Shown piece after piece: positions 56,946-64,000 of a DNA stretch of 64,000 nt (the stretch's first letter is position 1; each line of letters starts with the position of its first letter). The stretch comes from a bacterium (GTDB lineage: Bacteria > SAR324 > XYD2-FULL-50-16), in contig JAHJTV010000055.1 in assembly GCA_018829445.1 (NCBI GenBank), positions 123,269 through 187,268 of the forward strand, given 5' to 3'. The position numbers and the translations under genes were made by a program. Under the pieces are notes generated by a model. It searched no databases and was not told where the DNA came from. It saw only the letters and a list, made by a program, of their open reading frames with translations.

Positions 56946-57761
56946 CTACATCCATCGTTTACGGCGTTTATAAGATTTCACCTCTTTGAACGATTTTCTA
57001 CCACCCCCCTGTGTTATCCCCATATAAAATTCCTTGACATCCGGATTGTCCTTTAGCTCTTTTGAGGCGCCTTCCAGAACAATTTTTCCGGATTCCATAA
57101 TATAAGCATAATCAGCCAGTTCCAATGCAATTTTGGCATTTTGCTCGACAACAAGAATGGTTGTATTTAGCTCTTTATTAATATGCCTGACATTTTCGAA
57201 AATCTCCTTAACCAGTAAAGGAGCAAGCCCCAGAGAAGGTTCGTCCAGCATAAGCATTTTTGGACTGGCCATTAGAGCCCTGGCTATGGCAATCATTTGC
57301 TGCTCCCCTCCCGAACAGTATCCGGCCAAACGTCCTTTTATCTTTGTCAACCGCGGAAAGTGATGATACATCATCTCATGGTCTTTTCGAATGTTCTGAG
57401 ACCCATCCCGTCGAGTGATGGAGCCTACGATGATATTCTCATCGACGCTGAGGTGCTTAAAAACCCGACGACCTTCCGGAACCATAACAGCACCCAGTTT
57501 TACCACATGGGTACCCAGTTTATTAGTGATATCTTTTTCATCAAAGTGGACAAAACCGTCCTTGATAAAACCGTTTTCCGGTTTTAGCAGACCACTGATG
57601 GCCCTCAATGTTGTTGTTTTACCAGCGCCGTTGGTTCCCAACAGTGCGACGATCTTGCCTAGAGGAACACTTAGGCTGACACCCCGTAATACCTGAATGA
57701 TATCATTGTAAACTACTTCAACATTGTTGACTTCCAACAAATTTTTAACCTTATCCACCAC
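56946..57761 (-). CDS. livF: Branched-chain-amino-acid-type (Liv/HAAT family) ABC transporter ATP-binding protein, LivF-like
   Basis: Walker A GTNGAGKTTT, signature CSGGEQQM, Walker B LMLDEPSLGLAP, and a basic C-terminal extension. Confidence 0.85.
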   Translation of the reverse strand: MVDKVKNLLEVNNVEVVYNDIIQVLRGVSLSVPLGKIVALLGTNGAGKTTTLRAISGLLKPENGFIKDGFVHFDEKDITNKLGTHVVKLGAVMVPEGRRVFKHLSVDENIIVGSITRRDGSQNIRKDHEMMYHHFPRLTKIKGRLAGYCSGGEQQMIAIARALMASPKMLMLDEPSLGLAPLLVKEIFENVRHINKELNTTILVVEQNAKIALELADYAYIMESGKIVLEGASKELKDNPDVKEFYMGITQGGGRKSFKEVKSYKRRKRWM

Positions 57762-57868
57762 TTCCTTTTTTGGCTTAAGGGTTTAATAGCAATCACCTGG
57801 CGGTTGCCAGCTGCCGAGCCTTCATCGGCGGACAGTTAGGCAGTTAATAGGTAACAAAGATTGCTGAC

Positions 57869-57899
57869 TTGTCGTCCCCTGTGTTTTGGGGAACGACAA
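57869..57899 (-). other. Intercistronic hairpin just downstream of the SBP gene
   Basis: TTGTCGTCCCC (57869-57879) pairs with GGGGAACGACAA (57888-57899), an 11-bp stem with one bulge. No U-tract, so it is more likely an mRNA-stabilising element than a terminator. Confidence 0.35.
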
Positions 57900-57925
57900 T
57901 ATCATGCAGATCGGTCTTCAACCGG

Positions 57926-59149
57926 TTATTTTATTTTTCCGTAGAATTCCGAAGTAAAAGGCTTACCATATGAACGAAATACACCATCTGTTGCCAGGTA
58001 AAGCTGCAGAGTATCTACTCCTGCACGGTCTGTTTTTGAGAAAGTGACCGGACCCACCGTTGTTCCAGGTGAATAGGCATTGGCACCATTCATGAGGTTC
58101 AATTCATCGTAAAGTGATGCTTTTGATATTTTTCCACCTTTTGCCTTCACCCTCTTCATGGCTTCAATGGCAATCTGCGCAGCCATAATGCCGTTCATGT
58201 AATTCTGGGATTTACCAAGATCTGTATCCCTACCATATGCTTTCGCCAGGTGAATGGGGATAGCTTCCGCACCTTGCTCGATTGTCATTGTATAGGATGT
58301 TGTCCAGAAGGTTCCATCGGCTGCTGATCCGGCCAAAGCAACGAGATCAGGACCACCAGCATAATGGCAACCCAAGAAAGTCAGTTTTCCCTTTTCTCCA
58401 AAGGAAGAAGCCGCTTTACCCAGTCGATTGGCATCCTTTAAAAGGGTTGCCACCGGGGGTTGAACGGTCTGACTGATAACATATGAGACGCCTTTACTTA
58501 ACAGCCGAGTAATAGTAGCTGTATAATCCAGGTCATTCCCATGTTCCACAACTTCTACCAATTCCGCTTTTAAACCGGCTGCCAAAGCTTTCTTGACATC
58601 TTCCAATGGACCTCGCCCGAAAGCTGATGGATGGAGAAATAGAGCGAACTTGGGAGTTCCCTCTTTATGATTTGCTACCACATATTCCACCAATCCTATT
58701 GCTTGTTCAGAATAGGAGGCAATCGGTAAGAAGATATAGTTGGATTCATCCAGGTTTCCGGCGTGAAAGGAAGCAGGAAGTACCGGGATTTTTTCCTCTT
58801 CAAAATCCTTTTTAAGACCGAGGGTGCTGCCCGTTGAATAGTTGAGATAAATAACCATATCCTGATCCATGTAATCTTCAAAGTTTCTCTTGGTGTTAGC
58901 AGTCTGATAAGCATCATCGCGAACGATGCACTCAACCCTGTCTTTCCCAAGCACATTGGCATCATTGGTAAACTTGCAATAATCCTCGATACCTTTGGCA
59001 TATGGGCTTCCCACATCAGACGTTGGCCCAGTGATGGCAATGGAAGAACCAATCACATATGTTTCGGCTGAAACATTTTGTGCGACTAAAAAAATCAGAA
59101 AAATAGCAGCGGAGAGACCCCCAATCAATGCCAGTTTTGTGTTTTTCAT
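57926..59149 (-). CDS. Liv/HAAT-family ABC substrate-binding protein
   Basis: Signal peptide followed by a type I periplasmic binding fold. ATG at 59149 (GGAG 7 nt upstream) preferred to the TTG at 59161. Confidence 0.85.
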   Translation of the reverse strand: MKNTKLALIGGLSAAIFLIFLVAQNVSAETYVIGSSIAITGPTSDVGSPYAKGIEDYCKFTNDANVLGKDRVECIVRDDAYQTANTKRNFEDYMDQDMVIYLNYSTGSTLGLKKDFEEEKIPVLPASFHAGNLDESNYIFLPIASYSEQAIGLVEYVVANHKEGTPKFALFLHPSAFGRGPLEDVKKALAAGLKAELVEVVEHGNDLDYTATITRLLSKGVSYVISQTVQPPVATLLKDANRLGKAASSFGEKGKLTFLGCHYAGGPDLVALAGSAADGTFWTTSYTMTIEQGAEAIPIHLAKAYGRDTDLGKSQNYMNGIMAAQIAIEAMKRVKAKGGKISKASLYDELNLMNGANAYSPGTTVGPVTFSKTDRAGVDTLQLYLATDGVFRSYGKPFTSEFYGKIK

Positions 59150-59399
59150 CTTAATCTCCAATTATTTTGGTTTGGTTTGAATAGTCGGAAAAAATAGTGT
59201 CTATGTTGTTCAAGAAATTTTTCTACGCCAATATCACTCCAATTGGCTAAAACAACCTTATTCTTAAAAATAAAAACGGACAAAAACTGATTTCATCAAT
59301 TAAAGACATTTTGATTTCAATGTATTAACATGTAATCAAGCTGTAATATAGTCTCCTCTTTTAAAGGTTATAGTGAATCAAACCTGTCACAGCATAAAC

Positions 59400-60494
59400 T
59401 CAGTAACGAAACGGCCATAGTTTAACGTAAGAGCGTGCTATTCGCCACCAATTTGCTATTCCGCGAGGTTCAAACATCAGGAAAAGCACAATCACCAGAC
59501 CAAATGTTAAGGGTCGAAGTGCTGTGGCAAGGTTCATATTGGAAGGAAAAAAATCCCCTGCTTTTTCAGCCAGGTTTTCAACCTGCAGTTCCAGCCCCTG
59601 GATTGCAAGCGGTCCCCAGAAAGTCCCGTTTAACGTCCCCATTCCACCAACAATTGCCATTGCCAGATAAACGATGGAATAGTGGAGTGTAAATGACTCA
59701 AAGCCTACTCCGCGATACAGGTAGGCATGTAAAGCACCTGCAACACCGGCCAAAAAACCGGCCAAAGCGAATGCATAGACTTTTGTAAAACCGGGGTGCA
59801 TCCCCATAGCATCAGCTGCCCGATCATTATCACGAACTGCGACCAGTGAGCGACCATAGCGTGTACGCAACAGATTGCGTACTCCAAAACCGAACATAAT
59901 GATGACGATAAGAATAACATAATACCAGAAAGTATAATGTTGATTTCTAACTACTTTACCTGTAACCCAATAGACTCGTCCCACTGAAATGGTCTGTCCC
60001 TGGTTGAAAAAGGTTGAGAAGTTGATTACCCACTGAAATATAATCTGAAAGGAAAGTGTTGCCATCAACAGGTAAAGATGCTTCAACCTTAAAGCCGGCA
60101 GCCCCACAAAGGCCCCGAATATGGCACCCACAAATCCGGCTATCAGTATCATTAAAGGCCAGGCATGGGTTATCAGTATATGGTCATCTCCGATCACCCT
60201 GATAAAGGATGCGATAGTATAGGCTCCAACTCCCACAAAGGCTGCATGTCCGATGGAAATCAAACCGGCAAATCCGGTAAGAAGATTCAACCCCAGTACT
60301 GCAATAATGGCTATGAGGATATTGTCGATTACCAGCATATTTTTACTGCTTGTTTCAAACAGAAGCGGCCAAACGAAAAGGCTGAGTAGAAATATCGTAA
60401 ATATTGCCCGATCCAGCTTTGTTGAAAATATCCTCTGTTCCTCTTTATAGGAGGTGAAATAATTACCGGTTGCTAACCAACGATTCGCTGACAT
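59400..60494 (-). CDS. livM: Liv/HAAT-family ABC permease (LivM-like)
   Basis: 364 aa, multi-TM, with typical LivM motifs (GLISIGHAAFVGVGAY). Confidence 0.85.
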   Translation of the reverse strand: MSANRWLATGNYFTSYKEEQRIFSTKLDRAIFTIFLLSLFVWPLLFETSSKNMLVIDNILIAIIAVLGLNLLTGFAGLISIGHAAFVGVGAYTIASFIRVIGDDHILITHAWPLMILIAGFVGAIFGAFVGLPALRLKHLYLLMATLSFQIIFQWVINFSTFFNQGQTISVGRVYWVTGKVVRNQHYTFWYYVILIVIIMFGFGVRNLLRTRYGRSLVAVRDNDRAADAMGMHPGFTKVYAFALAGFLAGVAGALHAYLYRGVGFESFTLHYSIVYLAMAIVGGMGTLNGTFWGPLAIQGLELQVENLAEKAGDFFPSNMNLATALRPLTFGLVIVLFLMFEPRGIANWWRIARSYVKLWPFRY

Positions 60495-60497
60495 AAC

Positions 60498-61391
60498 CTA
60501 TACCCTTTCAATTTCATGTGTTCCAAATAAACCGTGTGGTTTCAAAAGTAAAAGAACCAACAAAATAATATAGGGAAGAACCTCTGCTGTCCCATACAAA
60601 CCAAAGCTACCATCAAGATAGCCACTAGCAAATTGTTGGATTAAAGACATCACAATACCTGCCACGACAGCACCCAGGATGGAATCCAATCCACCCAGGA
60701 TAACCACAGGGAAAACAAATATGGCAAAGGAGTGCAAAGTGTCGAAATTCAAGCCGGTAATATTTCCAATGATTGCACCCGCGGCGGCTGCTGTAAGCCC
60801 AGCCGTCGCCCAGGCAAGTCCAAATACCCTGGGAACTGATACACCAATGGACATGGAAGCCAGTTGGTCATCGGAGACAGCCCTCATTGAAATCCCGATA
60901 GTGGATTTCTTAAAAAACCAGGAAAACCCTCCAATGAGAACAATCGTAATGATGACACCTGTTAACTGTGTCCAGGAGATGGAAACTCCCCCCCATGCGA
61001 TGGGTTCCGGCGGGAAAAACTCGGGAAAGGAAAAGTTTTCTGATCCAAATGGCGTTAAATAAATAATACCGTCAAGTATGGACATCAACCCAATCGTTAC
61101 CATGATAACTGAGATAATCGGTTCTCCAATCAGGCGTCTCAAGAAAATACGTTCAACACTCATGGCCAGAAAAAAGGTGATAACCAAACTGGCCAGAAAA
61201 GAAAGGTAAATCGGGATGCCGACCCATACTGTTAATGCATAGGTAATGAAACACCCGGCAGCTATTATCTGTCCATGGGCCATATTTAGTACTCGACTGG
61301 ACTTATAGATCAAGACAAATCCCAGGGCAGACAAAGCATAAATGGAACCCACGACAATACCACTGACAACAAGTTGAAAAAAATAACTCAT
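60498..61391 (-). CDS. livH: Liv/HAAT-family ABC permease (LivH-like)
   Basis: 297 aa, multi-TM, with N-terminal QLVVSGIVVGSIYALSALGFVLIY and NMAHG. Confidence 0.85.
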   Translation of the reverse strand: MSYFFQLVVSGIVVGSIYALSALGFVLIYKSSRVLNMAHGQIIAAGCFITYALTVWVGIPIYLSFLASLVITFFLAMSVERIFLRRLIGEPIISVIMVTIGLMSILDGIIYLTPFGSENFSFPEFFPPEPIAWGGVSISWTQLTGVIITIVLIGGFSWFFKKSTIGISMRAVSDDQLASMSIGVSVPRVFGLAWATAGLTAAAAGAIIGNITGLNFDTLHSFAIFVFPVVILGGLDSILGAVVAGIVMSLIQQFASGYLDGSFGLYGTAEVLPYIILLVLLLLKPHGLFGTHEIERV

Positions 61392-61405
61392 GCGCCCCCT
61401 TATTC

Positions 61406-63325
61406 CTATTCCATGGTGAAGTATTCTATTTCGGTTTCGACGATAGCTTTCTGACCATCCTGATAGACGAATTCAGCTTCCACTACTTTTTTGCTGACGC
61501 CTTCATCATAAAGTGTCGCGATAATGGTGTCATATTTCTCATTGACGTATTTTCTGCGGATTTTACCAGTTTTAGTTAATTCACCATCATCAACATCCAG
61601 CAATTTATAGAGAACGGCAAACCGCTTGATTTTATAATGCTCCTTCTCCACATTTTTATTAAAATCAAGTACCTGTCGGTGCATCAGTTCCTTGACTTCC
61701 TGCTTTTGGGAAAGATCCATGAAGGTTGTATAGGAGATACCGCGCCCTTCTGCCCATTTTCCAACTATCACCGGATCGATATTGATAAGGCAGGAAACGA
61801 ACTCTTTTTTATCACCCAGAATTACCGCCTCTTTTATATAAGGACTAAATTTCAGTTTGTTTTCCAGAAACATGGGGCTAAACAATTCACCTTTATTGTT
61901 GTGCATAACATCCGATAAACGGTCAATCACTACCAAATGACCCTCTTTATCGATAATACCCGCATCTCCCGAGCACAGCCAACCATCCGCAAAATCCTCC
62001 CTGGTTTTGTCCGGCAGTTTGTAGTATCCAGCGCATACTGAAGGAGATCGTGAGAGAATCTCTCCTTTTTCAGAAATCTTACATTCTGTCTGCGGCAGTG
62101 GGAAACCCACCGTATCCGGTCTTATATCACCATCCCGATGCATGTAGGCGATCCCTGTTATTTCGGTCTGGCCGTAGATCTGCTTCAGGTTCACACCAAT
62201 TGCTTGGTAAAAGGTGAACAGCTCAGGTCCGAGTGCGGCACCGCCTGTATAGGCTCTCCTTAGGCGAAGCAAACCGATCTGATTAATGAGAGGACGAAAA
62301 ACCATGTTTGTTCCAAACCATGATTTTATGCGTAATACTGTCGGCATTTTCTTGCCTAACATGCGGTATGAGGCAGCCTTTTCTCCCACTTTAATAAAAA
62401 AATTGTAGAATATTCTGTTCAAACGGTAAGACTCATCTATTTTTAACCAGATCTGCGATCGGATATTTTCATATATTCTTGGCGCGCCAAACATAAAATG
62501 CGGACCTATCTCCTTCAGATCATCCATGGCAGTTTCAACGGATTCCGGAAAATTGATGGTAATTCCGGTCGCCATGGCGACACCGAAGGAGTTCATCTGT
62601 TCCCCGATCCAGGCAAATGGCAAAAAAGACAGGTATTCGTCGGTCGGTTCCAAAGGATCAACCTTGGATAACTGTACCCCCATGTTAATATAGTTCCTGT
62701 GGGTCATCATCGATCCTTTCGAAAGACCGGTTGTCCCCGAGGTCAGACAAAGATGGCAGACATCATCCGGAGAACCTTCATCAACATGGTCTGTAAATCT
62801 CTGTGGATCTTTCTTGTGTATCTCCTCTCCTAGCTTGTATAAATCGTTAATAAAAATAAACCAATCATCTTTGCGGTAACTCCTCATTCCACGTGGATCT
62901 TCATATATCACTTTTTTGACATTGGGGATTTGATCCCTGATCTCAATGACTTTATCTACCTGCTCCTGATCATCACAAAAAACATGCGTCACATCCATAT
63001 AGTCGATTAGCTGTGCGATCTCTTCAGGAAGAGTCGTCTGGTAGATCCCTGCAGAGATTGCCCCCAATGACTGGGCACCAATGGCGATAAAAAGCATTTC
63101 CGGAATATTGTCCCCGATGAGTGCTATTTTACTATCCTTTTTTATTCCCAGTGCCTCCAGCCCTAAAGCTGCTTTTCGAACGTGATCATAGTACTCTTTC
63201 CAGGTATATTCTTTCCAATATCCAAAATCTTTTTCTCGCAATGCAATTTTACTTGCCGATTTCTTGGTCCGCCAGCGCAAAAGTTGGGGAATGGTGAATT
63301 CAACTAACTGATCTGAGTTTTCCAT
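61406..63325 (-). CDS. AMP-dependent acyl-CoA synthetase/ligase (long-chain fatty acid-CoA ligase-like)
   Basis: AMP-binding motif LCLTSGTTGLSKG, plus YGQTE, GDAG and the GKIRR region. ATG at 63325 is 6 nt after the livG-like stop. Confidence 0.85.
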   Translation of the reverse strand: MENSDQLVEFTIPQLLRWRTKKSASKIALREKDFGYWKEYTWKEYYDHVRKAALGLEALGIKKDSKIALIGDNIPEMLFIAIGAQSLGAISAGIYQTTLPEEIAQLIDYMDVTHVFCDDQEQVDKVIEIRDQIPNVKKVIYEDPRGMRSYRKDDWFIFINDLYKLGEEIHKKDPQRFTDHVDEGSPDDVCHLCLTSGTTGLSKGSMMTHRNYINMGVQLSKVDPLEPTDEYLSFLPFAWIGEQMNSFGVAMATGITINFPESVETAMDDLKEIGPHFMFGAPRIYENIRSQIWLKIDESYRLNRIFYNFFIKVGEKAASYRMLGKKMPTVLRIKSWFGTNMVFRPLINQIGLLRLRRAYTGGAALGPELFTFYQAIGVNLKQIYGQTEITGIAYMHRDGDIRPDTVGFPLPQTECKISEKGEILSRSPSVCAGYYKLPDKTREDFADGWLCSGDAGIIDKEGHLVVIDRLSDVMHNNKGELFSPMFLENKLKFSPYIKEAVILGDKKEFVSCLINIDPVIVGKWAEGRGISYTTFMDLSQKQEVKELMHRQVLDFNKNVEKEHYKIKRFAVLYKLLDVDDGELTKTGKIRRKYVNEKYDTIIATLYDEGVSKKVVEAEFVYQDGQKAIVETEIEYFTME

Positions 63326-63331
63326 GGGCAA

Positions 63332-64000
63332 TTAATCTTCTCCAATGTAAGCTTCAATGACTTTAGGGTTATTTGCGACCTCTTCCGGTCTTCCTGAACC
63401 AATCAGCTCCCCGAAATCCAAAACGTATATCTGATCGGATATGTCCATGACAACGCCCAGGTCATGTTCTATTAAAACGACTGTGATGTCCCTTTCCTGC
63501 TGAATATCGACAACAAAACGAACCATATCCTCTTTTTCCTCAATGTTCATACCAGCCATGGGCTCGTCAAGTAATAAGAGTTTCGGACCGAGTGTGAGCG
63601 CTCTTGCGACTTCTATCCGTTTTTGAATTCCATAACTGAGATTTCCCACTATTTTATTTCGATAGGGCTCCAGTTCCATGAACTCTATCACACCCTCAAC
63701 ATAAGCCCTGTTCTCGGCCTCGATGCGAGAGGCTTTACCGAAATAGAGAACTGCTTGTAAAAAATTGTATTTTAGGTTCTTATGACGTGCCAGCAATAAG
63801 TTGTCCAATACTGACATCCCCCTGAAAAGCTCCAGGTTTTGAAAAGCCCTTGCGATACCGAGAACAGAAATTTGATGTGGAGAAAAGTAGGTAAGTGATA
63901 AATCATGTTCTCCAAAGGAGATGTCTCCACTGGTGGGATGATAAAACCCGGATATGCAATTGAGAAGACTTGTCTTTCCAGCCCCGTTAGGGCCAATGAT
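63332..64000 (-). CDS. livG: Liv/HAAT-family ABC transporter ATP-binding protein, LivG-like (partial, runs off the right edge)
   Basis: The minus frame is open to the window edge: IIGPNGAGKTSLLNCISGFY... (Walker A), LSYGIQKR (signature), LLLDEPMAGM (Walker B). The ORF track shows only the part after an internal Met. Confidence 0.85.
   Translation of the reverse strand: MIGPNGAGKTSLLNCISGFYHPTSGDISFGEHDLSLTYFSPHQISVLGIARAFQNLELFRGMSVLDNLLLARHKNLKYNFLQAVLYFGKASRIEAENRAYVEGVIEFMELEPYRNKIVGNLSYGIQKRIEVARALTLGPKLLLLDEPMAGMNIEEKEDMVRFVVDIQQERDITVVLIEHDLGVVMDISDQIYVLDFGELIGSGRPEEVANNPKVIEAYIGED

Noticed and set aside
1-64000. Looked across all intergenic regions for CRISPR arrays, tRNA/rRNA/tmRNA/RNase P, IS elements, integrases and phage genes.
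   Set aside because: No regularly spaced repeats, no cloverleaf-compatible T-loop/acceptor combinations, and no transposase or integrase motifs were seen. A TTCGAGTCC string at ~56280 lacks the rest of a tRNA.

Overview
Visibly AT-rich, densely coding bacterial chromosomal segment with about 55 apparently intact CDS. I recognised no rRNA, tRNA, CRISPR array, transposase, integrase or phage gene. In order: (1) 1-5.3 kb, a minus-strand type II FAS/PKS-like cassette that runs off the left edge (ACP, Cys-His-His ketosynthase, two Cys-less KS-like partners, KAS III/DarB-like enzyme, cobalamin-type radical SAM). (2) cspA with a clean bidirectional terminator. (3) A MarR / 4Fe-4S protein / GNAT operon. 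(4) An orphan EcsC-like 463-aa plus 93-aa gene pair. (5) An amino-sugar locus (PIG-L deacetylase, GH4 hydrolase, BadF-type sugar kinase, nagB). (6) Next to it a gene-decay zone: a 5'-truncated PIG-L paralogue with an in-frame stop, a frameshifted G1PDH/Fe-ADH-like gene, and N- and C-terminal remnants of a GPH sugar symporter. The two remnants lie about 7.8 kb apart, separated by a block encoding a secreted protein, a hemerythrin, a 1005-aa orphan membrane protein, DUF2284 and a radical SAM enzyme. (7) An 843-aa glycosidase-like protein. (8) An Opp/Dpp-type peptide ABC operon ending in a MaoC dehydratase. (9) An FGE-family lipoprotein, a ThuA-like protein and a REC-first histidine kinase. (10) A complete histidine-utilisation regulon (hutI, hutU / hutC, hutG, hutH) with two HutC-type palindromic operators and an oddly structured 420-bp hutG-hutH spacer. 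(11) An orphan lysine-rich 453-aa protein and small membrane proteins. (12) NCS2 permease, HAD, Lpd, RidA, Usp. (13) A Liv-type ABC operon with an embedded acyl-CoA ligase, running off the right edge. The abundance of Fe-S, radical SAM and hemerythrin genes and the Liv-plus-ligase architecture suggest an anaerobe, possibly Desulfobacterota-like; this is low-confidence inference. Best candidates for something undescribed: the KS/CLF/KAS III/B12-rSAM cassette, the block that appears to split the GPH transporter (especially the 1005-aa membrane protein), the EcsC-like pair, the 453-aa orphan, and the structured hutG-hutH spacer. All functional calls come from motif recognition by eye; no searches were run.
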